Positions 52,383 to 61,213 of a stretch of 64,000 nucleotides of DNA are shown here, one piece after another (position 1 is the stretch's first letter; each line of letters begins with the position of its first letter). This DNA comes from Escherichia phage UPEC01: sequence record MW233709. One strand, written 5' to 3'. The translations under genes were made by a program, and so were the position numbers. The notes under the pieces are model-generated. The model saw only the letters and a program-made list of their open reading frames with translations. It was not told the origin of the DNA and did not search any database.

Positions 52383-52772
52383 ATGAATATAAACAAAATG
52401 TATAGCGATGTGTCTCCCGACTTATCTACAAGTTGGGATAAAGACGTTGCTAAAGTAACCGGTGCAAGGTCTGTTAAGAACAGTCTTCTGGGAATAATCA
52501 CCACAAGAAAAGGGTCAAGGCCTTTTATGCCTGAATTTGGATGTGATATAAGTAATCAGCTTTTTGAGAATATCACTCCATTAATCACAGATACCATTAA
52601 ACGCAACATCGTCTCCGCTGTGCGGAACTTTGAACCAAGGATAAGCAATCTACAGGTTGCAGTTGTCCCTATGTATGATGATAACTCCATTATCGTAACG
52701 GTTCAGTTCAGCATTGTTGATGACCCTGATACCCTCGAACAAATCAGGATTCAGCTAAGTCAAAACGGTTAA
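52383..52772 (+). CDS. 25: baseplate wedge subunit gp25
   Basis: 129 aa (T4 gp25 132 aa); synteny. Confidence 0.75.
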   Translation: MNINKMYSDVSPDLSTSWDKDVAKVTGARSVKNSLLGIITTRKGSRPFMPEFGCDISNQLFENITPLITDTIKRNIVSAVRNFEPRISNLQVAVVPMYDDNSIIVTVQFSIVDDPDTLEQIRIQLSQNG

Positions 52773-52797
52773 TGCTTTAATTTTATGGCTGTATAAT
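52773..52797 (+). promoter_or_regulatory. middle promoter candidate upstream of uvsY
   Basis: TGCTTTA box, 14 bp, TATAAT followed by GGTTCTAGACCC...GGATAC. Confidence 0.55.
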
Positions 52798-52825
52798 GGT
52801 TCTAGACCCTTACATTGGATACATT

Positions 52826-53260
52826 ATGAAAACAGAGATTGAATATAAGTTGGAAGTCTTTCAGGACGAGTTAGATGCAGATTTAAAAATTGATGGTACA
52901 CAACTTCAATATGAAACACAAAACAACGTTTTGTTGCATAGCAAATGGTTGAGATTGTATACCAACTGCAAGAAAGAAATAATGCGTCTTGAGATTCAGA
53001 AGAAAACTGCACTGAAAAAACGACTAGACCATTATACGGGAAGGGGTGACCCAGGGGAAGAAGTATGCATGGATGTGTACGAGAAGTCAGAATTGAAAAC
53101 AGTCATGGCCGCAGATTCAAGCGTGTTGAAGATTGATACTTCAATTCAATATTGGGCACTGCTCCAGGACTTCTGTAGCGCTGCATTAGATGGTGTTAAG
53201 TCACGAAGTTTCGCACTTAAACATATGTTAGAAATAAGACAATTTGAGGCGGGCAAGTAA
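52826..53260 (+). CDS. uvsY: recombination mediator UvsY
   Basis: ATG 52826; LQYE..NNV.L.SKWL, RLE.QKK.ALK.RLD.Y.GRGD, SLQYW..L.DFCS.ALD..KSR.FA.KH....R.FEAGK match T4 UvsY. Confidence 0.9.
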   Translation: MKTEIEYKLEVFQDELDADLKIDGTQLQYETQNNVLLHSKWLRLYTNCKKEIMRLEIQKKTALKKRLDHYTGRGDPGEEVCMDVYEKSELKTVMAADSSVLKIDTSIQYWALLQDFCSAALDGVKSRSFALKHMLEIRQFEAGK

Positions 53261-53493
53261 TGCGATATTCTATCGACGATGCGTTTAACCAAGACGAAGA
53301 GTTCGAAGAAGAAATTAAGTATATGATGAAGGAATGGAAATTGAATCGTGCAGATATTCGTATCTGCGCTGACCACCCTTGTGGTGAAGATGTTATCTAT
53401 GTTAAAGGTAAATTTGCGGGATACATCGATGATGCGTTCTATTCTCACAATATGGGAATAGATACTGGTATGAGATACTTTAAGGAAAATTAA
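53260..53493 (+). CDS. hypothetical protein (77 aa)
   Basis: ATGA-coupled to uvsY. Confidence 0.45.
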   Translation: MRYSIDDAFNQDEEFEEEIKYMMKEWKLNRADIRICADHPCGEDVIYVKGKFAGYIDDAFYSHNMGIDTGMRYFKEN

Positions 53494-53604
53494 ATGAAAA
53501 ATATTAGTAAGATTCTCGACGAGATGGTTATCTCTGCAAACCGAATAACCGAAATTGTTAATGAGATGAAAGCTCGTGCTGCTATTATGAAGAGCACTAA
53601 ATAG
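53494..53604 (+). CDS. small hypothetical protein (36 aa)
   Basis: TAAATG adjacency to upstream stop; very short. Confidence 0.25.
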   Translation: MKNISKILDEMVISANRITEIVNEMKARAAIMKSTK

Positions 53605-53632
53605 ATATGTAAGTTTAACTGAGGAGACAATC

Positions 53633-53800
53633 ATGTCAGATAAGATTTGTGTTGTCTGTAAAACTCCAATCGATTCTGCATTGGTTGTGGATACAGACCA
53701 AGGTCCGGTGCATCCGGGCGCCTGTTATAATTATGTTCAGAGTTTGCCAGTTACGGAAAATACAGAAGAGCAACTGAACGAGACCCAACTTTTAATTTAG
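53633..53800 (+). CDS. small Cys-containing protein (55 aa)
   Basis: ATG after GAGGAGACAATC RBS; CVVC...C motif; followed by terminator. Confidence 0.35.
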   Translation: MSDKICVVCKTPIDSALVVDTDQGPVHPGACYNYVQSLPVTENTEEQLNETQLLI

Positions 53801-53825
53801 CTAGTGTTGTTAACCATTTTTGGTT

Positions 53826-53855
53826 TTGCCCCTTCCTTTTGGTTGGGGCCTTTTT
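53826..53855 (+). terminator. intrinsic terminator candidate
   Basis: GCCCC...GGGGC stem followed by CTTTTTATTTA. Confidence 0.45.
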
Positions 53856-53857
53856 AT

Positions 53858-54085
53858 TTAGAAATCTTCGTCTTCGTCTTCGTCCATATCCTCAAGCTCG
53901 GCACGTTTACCGGCAAGAGCGTCACGAACACTGATATCATCGGAATCTTTCAGTTCAGCTTCTTTGCTGCGTTTCTTATAATAGCCTTCCAACTCCTTCA
54001 GACCGTCCATGGTCTGACAGGAACCAATCTTAGCCATAAAGCCTTCAATTGATGCTTCGTACATAATTTCTTCGAAGGATTTCAT
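53858..54085 (-). CDS. UvsW.1-like small acidic protein
   Basis: 75 aa with acidic tail DMDEDEDEDF; T4 UvsW.1 is 76 aa and follows uvsW. Confidence 0.5.
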   Translation of the reverse strand: MKSFEEIMYEASIEGFMAKIGSCQTMDGLKELEGYYKKRSKEAELKDSDDISVRDALAGKRAELEDMDEDEDEDF

Positions 54086-54780
54086 TATATTTCCACCTGT
54101 TTAATTAAATTTCTGATTTTATATAAAGAAAGCCCCGTTGCTACAGAAGCTTGCTTCATCGAACCATATTCAATCCCGTTTAAAACCACTTTCTTAGCGG
54201 CAGGATTTTTGGATGGGTCTTTATAACGTTCTTTTGCTTTATCTGAAATTTTCTTTGATGCTTCTGGTGTATGTGATTTACCATACATCCAATTACCTTC
54301 ACCTTTATTTCTTTCGGATATAGCTTGACATTGTGCTTGAGAGTATTTATACGGATTCGCTTTCTTTGTCGCAGATATTTTATCGGCCCAAGTTATTTTG
54401 CGACCCTTTAATAATTGGCTCATATATTCTTTATGTTCTTCAGTATGGTGCTTACCATAAAAAGGATTGCCTTCACCAGTCTGAAGAACTGACATTTGTC
54501 TACGCTCCCATCCATACGATTTATTGAATTGTCGTTGATGTGTTCGAGAGCTCATACCCATAGCAATGACGGCCTTTATAAGACCGTAATGATTGGGATG
54601 AATTTTGGCCAATAATTTATGTGCAATAAAATGTTCTTCCGGAGTAAGGTTGACTCTGTTTTCTTGTGTATCAGGTCCACCCATACATTCTGGAATGATA
54701 TGGTGAGATTCCGTGTATCCAATCGGTTTGGAAGCCTTTCGGCTCCCAATTAAATCATCATATATTTTTTGATAATTCAA
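54085..54780 (-). CDS. HNH homing endonuclease with NUMOD-like repeats
   Basis: 231 aa; HNH core (GYTESHHIIPECMGGPDTQENRVNLTPEEHFIAHKLL) and repeated G-x-GNPFYGK-HT-E motifs; inserted between uvsW and uvsW.1. Confidence 0.85.
   Translation of the reverse strand: MNYQKIYDDLIGSRKASKPIGYTESHHIIPECMGGPDTQENRVNLTPEEHFIAHKLLAKIHPNHYGLIKAVIAMGMSSRTHQRQFNKSYGWERRQMSVLQTGEGNPFYGKHHTEEHKEYMSQLLKGRKITWADKISATKKANPYKYSQAQCQAISERNKGEGNWMYGKSHTPEASKKISDKAKERYKDPSKNPAAKKVVLNGIEYGSMKQASVATGLSLYKIRNLIKQVEI
54089..54107. repeat. 19-bp direct repeat, copy 1
   Basis: Exact match to 54781-54799. Confidence 0.9.
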
Positions 54781-56276
54781 ATTTCCACCTGTTTAATTAC
54801 ATAGTTAAAACGTTCATCAGCATATCGTTGTATACGTTCAAGGCCATGTTTTAGGGCAAAGTTCAAATGAACATATTTCTTTTTAGCATTTGCCGATTTA
54901 GGTTTAACACCCATATCATCAACGATATCAAAAACGTTTGCTTGTGATTTGGATTCATGTTTTCTAAGCACACGACCAATTGTCTGGAGTACAATTACCT
55001 TTGACTTGACCGGGTGAGCGAAAATAATATGATGGAGGTTTTTAACGGAAATCCCCGTTGAGAATACACCATATGAAGCTACAACAATAATTCCCTTTCC
55101 ATTCTCTGCCATGACCTTCAGAGCATTACGAGTTTCGGTATCGACTTCCCCAGAAACATAATACACTTTTTCATGACCAGCTTCCTTAAGCATTTCAAAC
55201 ATCGATTTACCATGCTCGATATTCTTAAACATCAAAAAGACGTTTTCATCTTTTTTAGAAAGCTTGAGTGCAAGGTTTGTTACCCATTTATTTCGGCGTG
55301 CAGCTTTTGTAATTACCTTGATTTCATCCTGATAAGTTTTACCTTTCATTTTAACGGTGAATTCATCAGGGTAACGAAGGAAAATACTATTTATTTTAAG
55401 GTCAGTAACCTGACCATCTTCCATTAATTTAGATGTTGATACTGGTTTAAAGATATCACCAAACAGACCCATATATTGCATAAGGTTGGCTTTGCCATCA
55501 CGGAGTGAACCTGACAGACCAAATTTAAACATGCAATTCGTAAGGCCTTCGATAACCGTCGAAATCGATTTACCTGTAGCCATATGACATTCGTCATTCA
55601 TAAACTGACCGAACTGTTCAAACCATTCTTTAGGTTGTTTTACAGCCGTCTGATAAGTCGATACATAAATCATCGCATCAGAATCGCGTTTAGTCCCGGA
55701 ACGAATACCCAGACAAGCTGCACGAGGGAAAAGCCGATAATCAACAAAGTCATTAATCATCTGGTCAACAAGGGCCGTTGTAGGAACAAGGATAAGTACC
55801 TTGCCTTCATAGTTCTCGAGATAATATCGCGCCAGAAGCGCCTGGATGAGGCTTTTACCTGCAGACGTAGGTAAGTTCAGAATCTTTCTTCTGTTGACCA
55901 GACCATCATATACGGCGTCAGATTGATACCAATGGGGCGTTATCTTGGTATTGCCTGAATAGATTTCTTTTGACTCGACCCATTTGTCGAATTCTTCGCG
56001 AGAGATTTCTTCTTTCTCGGTGATTTGCGGGTCAATCCAGAATGAATAACCAAACTGGTCAGCGAACTTTTTAATTTGATTAACCAAACCGTATGGTAAT
56101 TTACGATTGTAATCCAGGAGGCGGATTCGTCCGTCCCAAACTCCCTGCTTGAACTTTGGATTGAAGCGATAGTTTTCAGCTTCGAAGCTGAAGTAATCAC
56201 GGAGTTCGTAGAAGATTCCATCTTCACATTCAACATGCACGTGACTAAAATTTAGAAAGTTGATTTTAATATCCAT
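54777..56276 (-). CDS. uvsW: DNA helicase UvsW
   Basis: Start at MDIKINF (ATG 56276) matching T4 UvsW N-terminus; helicase motifs LNLPTSAGKS, DECH; late promoter at 56305-56312. Confidence 0.9.
   Translation of the reverse strand: MDIKINFLNFSHVHVECEDGIFYELRDYFSFEAENYRFNPKFKQGVWDGRIRLLDYNRKLPYGLVNQIKKFADQFGYSFWIDPQITEKEEISREEFDKWVESKEIYSGNTKITPHWYQSDAVYDGLVNRRKILNLPTSAGKSLIQALLARYYLENYEGKVLILVPTTALVDQMINDFVDYRLFPRAACLGIRSGTKRDSDAMIYVSTYQTAVKQPKEWFEQFGQFMNDECHMATGKSISTVIEGLTNCMFKFGLSGSLRDGKANLMQYMGLFGDIFKPVSTSKLMEDGQVTDLKINSIFLRYPDEFTVKMKGKTYQDEIKVITKAARRNKWVTNLALKLSKKDENVFLMFKNIEHGKSMFEMLKEAGHEKVYYVSGEVDTETRNALKVMAENGKGIIVVASYGVFSTGISVKNLHHIIFAHPVKSKVIVLQTIGRVLRKHESKSQANVFDIVDDMGVKPKSANAKKKYVHLNFALKHGLERIQRYADERFNYVIKQVEI
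54781..54799. repeat. 19-bp direct repeat, copy 2
   Basis: Exact match to 54089-54107. Confidence 0.9.
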
Positions 56277-56304
56277 GATGATTCCAAGGTAATAAATATA
56301 TCTA

Positions 56305-56312
56305 TATTTATA
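56305..56312 (-). promoter_or_regulatory. late promoter for uvsW
   Basis: TATAAATA on - strand 29 nt upstream of ATG 56276. Confidence 0.55.
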
Positions 56313-56330
56313 CACTAACCGAGGTTCATC

Positions 56331-56996
56331 ATGATTGACAAGAACTACATTGAGGAAATTCGTGTCCTCGAGAAAAAAGAAGCCAAAGAAAAATTAGCCG
56401 AATACGCAGCATCACTTGGTGTTGATGTTAAGAAAACAAAAACCTTTGATAATATGTTGGCCGACCTGGAAGCAGGACTTAAAGCATTTGCTGACATGCC
56501 TATGCCTGATGATAATGAAGGCCTGAGCATCACTGACCTTATCGACGCCGATGATGAATTGTCAGGTGCTAAATTTGATGGCGACGAGTCAGCTAAAGAA
56601 GAAGCTAAACTCTTATTTGATGCTCCAACCGAAGCAAAGGTTGAAGTTGTTGAAATCGAAGAACCAGTTGTTGTGGTTGAAGAAGATGTTCCTTTTGTCG
56701 AAGAAAAGTTCGAAGCGGCTGTTGCTAAGGTTATCGAATCTGAAAAACCTGTATTTGCTCTGCCAAAAAACTTTAGCCCGAATTTAATGCTTATTGGTAA
56801 GAACCCTGGATTCTGTACTGTTCCATGGTGGATTTATCAGTGGATTGCCGAGACTCCAGATTGGAAAGAACGTCCAACTGCTTTCCCACATCCCACCGCG
56901 CACCAAACTCTATTCAGTTTGATTTATTACATCAATCGTAATGGGTCTGTTCTAGTACGAGAAACTCGTAACTCATCTTTTGTCACTTTAAAATAA
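56331..56996 (+). CDS. inh: prohead protease inhibitor Inh-like
   Basis: 221 aa acidic protein between uvsW and hoc (T4 Inh 226 aa); positional. Confidence 0.55.
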   Translation: MIDKNYIEEIRVLEKKEAKEKLAEYAASLGVDVKKTKTFDNMLADLEAGLKAFADMPMPDDNEGLSITDLIDADDELSGAKFDGDESAKEEAKLLFDAPTEAKVEVVEIEEPVVVVEEDVPFVEEKFEAAVAKVIESEKPVFALPKNFSPNLMLIGKNPGFCTVPWWIYQWIAETPDWKERPTAFPHPTAHQTLFSLIYYINRNGSVLVRETRNSSFVTLK

Positions 56997-57005
56997 GGGT
57001 TTATT

Positions 57006-58139
57006 ATGGCTTATACCGTAACTATTGCTCCTTTGGCGGCTACGGCCGTTATTGGAGCAACAACCAATTTCACTGCGACCGGTTCCGGTGCTGCAGCTGA
57101 AGGTACCGAATCATTTGTCTGGACCGTTGATGGCGTTCCTCAATCTTCTGTGACTGCTGCAATGGATTATGTTGCTGTTGGTCCAGCAGGCAGTAAGACT
57201 ATTAAAGTTGTTGCAACAACTACACCAGCGGACGGCGAACCAGAAACAGCTGAAGCCGAAACAACTTTAACTATCCAGAATAAAACAATGCCTGCTATTA
57301 CATTGACTTTAGACCCGGCCTCTGTTACTAAAGAAGTGGGGCAATCTCAAGTTGTTACTGCTAACGTGACAGGCGCTCCTTCTGGTGCAACAATCGCTTA
57401 TGTTTGGAAACGAAATGCCGACGTAATCGCAGGTCAAACTGGTAAAACTATTACCGTCACCGAATCAGCAGAAGCAAATTATACATTGAACTGTGAAGTT
57501 ACTGTTTCTGCACCCGATTATAATAATGGCACCGCATCTAAAGGAGCTGCGGTAACTTTTGTTAAGAAAACTATGTCGGGTGTTTCTGTTACTTTAGCAC
57601 CAACCTCTATTAATGTTCCTGAAGGAACTCCGGCTTCATTTAAAGCAGATGTAGTTGGCGCACCGAGTGGAGCTACTTTTGCCTATTCTTGGAAGAAAGA
57701 CGGTTCTCCTGTAGTTGGCACCACGGATACTTTAGCAATCGATACAAGCGCCGAAGGTTCCCAGTTAATTGAAGTTTCTGTTGTTGTATCTGCTACAGAT
57801 TATAATCCTGTTACAGTTACCAAAACCGGTAATGTAACAGTCACGGCTAAAGTCGCACCAGTTCCAGAGGGTGAACTACCTTACGTTCATCCGCTGCCAG
57901 TTCGTAATTCAGCTTATATCTGGTGTGGTTGGTGGGTTATGGATGAAATTCAGAAAATGACTCTTGCTGGACAAGACTGGAAAACCGATGACCCAGATAG
58001 CCCGTATTATTTGCACCGATATACACTTCAAAAAATGATTACCGACTATCCAGAGGTTGATGTACAGGAATCTCGTAATGGTCGAATTATTCATCGCACC
58101 GCTTTAGAAACTGGTATTATATACGATTACGTTTATTAA
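57006..58139 (+). CDS. hoc: highly immunogenic outer capsid protein Hoc
   Basis: 377 aa; Ig-like repeats and C-terminal capsid-binding block (YNPVTVTKTGNVTVTAKVAP.PEGELPYVHPLP...AYIWCGWWVMDEIQKMT) near-identical to T4 Hoc. Confidence 0.9.
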   Translation: MAYTVTIAPLAATAVIGATTNFTATGSGAAAEGTESFVWTVDGVPQSSVTAAMDYVAVGPAGSKTIKVVATTTPADGEPETAEAETTLTIQNKTMPAITLTLDPASVTKEVGQSQVVTANVTGAPSGATIAYVWKRNADVIAGQTGKTITVTESAEANYTLNCEVTVSAPDYNNGTASKGAAVTFVKKTMSGVSVTLAPTSINVPEGTPASFKADVVGAPSGATFAYSWKKDGSPVVGTTDTLAIDTSAEGSQLIEVSVVVSATDYNPVTVTKTGNVTVTAKVAPVPEGELPYVHPLPVRNSAYIWCGWWVMDEIQKMTLAGQDWKTDDPDSPYYLHRYTLQKMITDYPEVDVQESRNGRIIHRTALETGIIYDYVY

Positions 58140-58142
58140 TTA

Positions 58143-58172
58143 AAAAGGGACCTTCGGGTCCCTTTATTTTTA
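58143..58172 (+). terminator. intrinsic terminator after hoc
   Basis: GGGACC-TTCG-GGTCCC plus T-run. Confidence 0.75.
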
Positions 58173-58307
58173 TGGTACTGAGCAAACGTTGTCTGGACCC
58201 TTTCTCCAGTGAGTCTTTGTGGTCATACCATAACAATTGTTCATCTGACATAAAACTCCTGTTTACAAGTTAAAAATTCCATGTTAAGATAGCTTCACTA
58301 ACTCAAC

Positions 58308-58511
58308 ATGAGAATCATTATGGATAAGGTTAAAGTACATTTTCTGCATGAATCTGGCATGACATTTATTGAAATCGCCAAGGTATTAGGCGGGACTGCT
58401 AAAGAGATGGCAAAAGCCTGGGTTGATGTAGAACAAGCCAAAGCTAAATTTAAAGCGAAAGAAAAGATTGTTTATCGTAAACGTTTGAATAACAAAAAGG
58501 TGAAGAAATGA
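58308..58511 (+). CDS. hypothetical protein (67 aa)
   Basis: ORF between hoc and rnlB (T4 24.3 position); alternative start 58320. Confidence 0.45.
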   Translation: MRIIMDKVKVHFLHESGMTFIEIAKVLGGTAKEMAKAWVDVEQAKAKFKAKEKIVYRKRLNNKKVKK

Positions 58512-58771
58512 CATTCGCAGAAGAACTACGCCAAATGGCAAAAGAGTCACAAGATAAAGTTGCAAATGACTTTATTGCTATATTCCGCAAAGTGGCTATT
58601 GCCGCCGCTGAAAATGGCAAAGATTTTGTTAATATGGCAGTTTCTGAAAAAGAATATGAAGAAGGCAATCGTGGAAAAATATCTGATTTTCTGCGGGCAG
58701 AAAAATTTACATCATTTACCTGGAATTTTGATTGGCAAGAAAACAAGCCAACATTGTATGTAAAATTCTGA
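58508..58771 (+). CDS. hypothetical protein (87 aa)
   Basis: ATGA-coupled ORF (T4 24.2 position). Confidence 0.45.
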   Translation: MTFAEELRQMAKESQDKVANDFIAIFRKVAIAAAENGKDFVNMAVSEKEYEEGNRGKISDFLRAEKFTSFTWNFDWQENKPTLYVKF

Positions 58772-58777
58772 CCTTTT

Positions 58778-58803
58778 TGCTTCAAATAAAATTGTGGTAT
58801 AAT
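58778..58803 (+). promoter_or_regulatory. middle promoter candidate upstream of rnlB
   Basis: TGCTTCA box, 15 bp, TATAAT followed by GGTTCTAGACC...CGATAC. Confidence 0.5.
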
Positions 58804-58901
58804 GGTTCTAGACCTTCCGATACGATTAATTTCTTTTCAGAGAAAGAAAGTATAGAGAGTCTAATTTATAATGATATTTATAACATCAAAAGTGAGAGAT
58901 T

Positions 58902-59909
58902 ATGTTTAAGAAATACAACAGCCTTGAAAATCACTATAACAACAAGTTCATTGAAAAGATTCGCCTGCAAGGCTTCACCAACGGTGAATGGGTAGCTCGT
59001 GAAAAGATTCATGGTACCAACTTTTCATTAATCATTGAACAAGACAATGTGACATGTGCGAAACGCACTGGACCTATCCTACCTGCAGAAGATTTTTATG
59101 GTTATGAAATTGTATTAAAGAACTATGCAGATTCTATTAAATCTGTACAGAAACTTTTGCAGGATATTAATTACCAGGCATATCAGATTTATGGCGAGTT
59201 TGCTGGTACAGGTATTCAGAAGAATGTGAATTACGGCGATAAAGATTTCTATGTGTTTGATATCCGCGTTACTAAAGAAGATGGTTTTGAATCCGTCCTG
59301 ACTGACACACTTATGGAAGCCTTTTGTATTATTCATAAGTTTAAAGTTGCTCCGCGCCTGGCTACTGGTAGCTTTGAAGACCTTATTAAGCTACCTAATG
59401 ACCTGGATTCTGTGGTCCCTGATTACAATTTTACAGTGGATAATGCAGGATTGACTACAGCAAATACCACTGATTTTGATGCAAAGGTGGAAGGTAAAGT
59501 ATTCACTGCTGAAGGATTTGTATTAAAACCTGATGTTCCTGCCTGGTTACCTAACGGCGAGCGTGTGGCGATTAAATGCAAGAACTCTAAATTCAGCGAA
59601 AAGAAAAAGTCTGATAAGCCTATTAAGGCCGCTGTTGTGTTGTCCCAGGAAGACCTGGATATTTTATGGCAGTTCACTGATTACGTGACTGTTAACCGTA
59701 TTAATAATGTTATCAGTAAAATTGGGGAAGTATCGCCGAAGGATTTTGGGAAGGTAATGGGTTTGACTGTCCAGGATATCCTGGAAGAAGCTGGTCGTGA
59801 AGGCCTTGAATTGACCCAGTCAGAAAATCCTGTTGAAGTTAAAAAGCAACTTATCACAAATGTAAGAGAAACATTAAGACATGTTTGGATTGCATTAATT
59901 AGTGAATAA
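58902..59909 (+). CDS. rnlB: RNA ligase 2 (RnlB)
   Basis: 335 aa; [29 protein letters not shown] (KxHG), [22 protein letters not shown] near-identical to T4 Rnl2. Confidence 0.9.
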   Translation: MFKKYNSLENHYNNKFIEKIRLQGFTNGEWVAREKIHGTNFSLIIEQDNVTCAKRTGPILPAEDFYGYEIVLKNYADSIKSVQKLLQDINYQAYQIYGEFAGTGIQKNVNYGDKDFYVFDIRVTKEDGFESVLTDTLMEAFCIIHKFKVAPRLATGSFEDLIKLPNDLDSVVPDYNFTVDNAGLTTANTTDFDAKVEGKVFTAEGFVLKPDVPAWLPNGERVAIKCKNSKFSEKKKSDKPIKAAVVLSQEDLDILWQFTDYVTVNRINNVISKIGEVSPKDFGKVMGLTVQDILEEAGREGLELTQSENPVEVKKQLITNVRETLRHVWIALISE

Positions 59910-59910
59910 A

Positions 59911-59940
59911 AAAAAGGGCCGCAAGGCCCTTATTCTTTTT
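59911..59940. terminator. bidirectional intrinsic terminator
   Basis: AGGGCC-GCAA-GGCCCT flanked by A-run and T-run, between convergent rnlB and gp24 paralog. Confidence 0.7.
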
Positions 59941-61213
59941 CCAGTGGCGGAAGTTTAACGCCAAGATAAGAACTCAATTGGCTTTGGTTAGCCATCTTAT
60001 CCATATCAGCCCCATCAATAAGGCGGGCTTCTTTATCGTCTTTAGCAACGGTATAGGGGTTCGCTGTCAATGCATAACGAGCTAACAGTGCAACCGTAGG
60101 CTGTAAGCTTTCAGGGTCAACAATAACCTTGAATTCTCCGACCGATGTATCCCCCTCATCATCAACTTCGCTAAGTCCTTCCGTATAAGGCGCATAATAC
60201 AAAGATGCGACCGTCTGACCTTCACCCATATCAGCATTTACACCGACAATAACATAATCACATGGACTATTCATATCTGCGTAAAGAGGCAAACCGTTCT
60301 TCAGAACACCATAGGCTAATTCATCCTGGTCTTCCTTTTTCTCAACCCAGCCAGAAGCGGCTAAAATAGCTGCACAACGGGAAGAAGCAACCGCATATGT
60401 ACCAGCAAACGAAGTCTGACGTTGAACTGCAGAATTCATTTCACACATATAATAATACAGGGTTCGTGCGCGGTCCTGTGCGTTATCATATTTCGGGTCA
60501 GTGAGATTCAACACACCTTTTTCAGAAACACCTTGTACCTTGAAGCGAGAACTAACAGTAATAAGGGATTGCAATACATCCTTATTAATTTCCTCTGCCA
60601 TTTGAATGCCGAGAATATTATCGATGAAGTCTGTTGCATCGAAACCGTTTGCTTCCAGGTCCTGAGCAAGCTCGACAGTTAAAGAAGTTTTCAACTTTCT
60701 GGATTTAACTTCAGTCTGCCATTTATCGATACGGAAACCAGCTTCAGCAATTTCAGGATGCCCCTTTTCAAATTTATCAGTGAAAGCAGCATCTGACATC
60801 ATTCTTATATGTCCAGCAGCAATGGCTTCAGAAATAACTTCACCTAAATCAGTTTCGAGTGTCCCGGCAAAGGGGGAAGCTTCCAGAACTTTGAATACAA
60901 CGCTTTCAAACTGAAACATATCGCCGACTGCATAAGCTTCATCTTTGTTCGTAAATTCTGGAATATTCTTACGCTCGAACATACCAATCTGACCTGCAAA
61001 TGTTGCTCCACCGAGATATGTCATTTTATCATCTGGGTTCAGAACACGAACACCATACAACGCTGCAACAGGCTGTGTAGTTTTCTGTTCGGCAACGAGT
61101 GCTTTAAAAATTCGTTTATTCGTGGCCTGGGTATAAGAAAGCAAATTAGGACGGGCGACCTGGTTGGCCGCCGTTAATGTTGATTCGTGAATTAGTGCGT
61201 TAATCTTTTGCAT
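59930..61213 (-). CDS. gp24-like capsid vertex protein, diverged tandem paralog
   Basis: 427 aa; alignable end-to-end with adjacent gp24 (KSRKLKT.LTVELAQD.EANGF, INKDVLQSLITVS, ANPYTVAKDDKEAR.ID) at roughly half identity. Confidence 0.8.
   Translation of the reverse strand: MQKINALIHESTLTAANQVARPNLLSYTQATNKRIFKALVAEQKTTQPVAALYGVRVLNPDDKMTYLGGATFAGQIGMFERKNIPEFTNKDEAYAVGDMFQFESVVFKVLEASPFAGTLETDLGEVISEAIAAGHIRMMSDAAFTDKFEKGHPEIAEAGFRIDKWQTEVKSRKLKTSLTVELAQDLEANGFDATDFIDNILGIQMAEEINKDVLQSLITVSSRFKVQGVSEKGVLNLTDPKYDNAQDRARTLYYYMCEMNSAVQRQTSFAGTYAVASSRCAAILAASGWVEKKEDQDELAYGVLKNGLPLYADMNSPCDYVIVGVNADMGEGQTVASLYYAPYTEGLSEVDDEGDTSVGEFKVIVDPESLQPTVALLARYALTANPYTVAKDDKEARLIDGADMDKMANQSQLSSYLGVKLPPLEKE

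Larger units (their letters stand above)
54085..54799 (-). mobile_element. free-standing HNH endonuclease insertion flanked by 19-bp direct repeats
   Basis: ATTTCCACCTGTTTAATTA occurs at 54089-54107 and 54781-54799, bracketing the HNH ORF; the repeat encodes the identical C-terminal IKQVEI-stop of both uvsW and the HNH ORF. Confidence 0.75.

Noticed and set aside
56331-56996. Alternative call of this ORF as a structural gene
   Set aside because: Highly acidic sequence, + strand orientation and position between uvsW and hoc fit the prohead protease inhibitor position of T4 rather than a late structural protein; kept as Inh-like with modest confidence.
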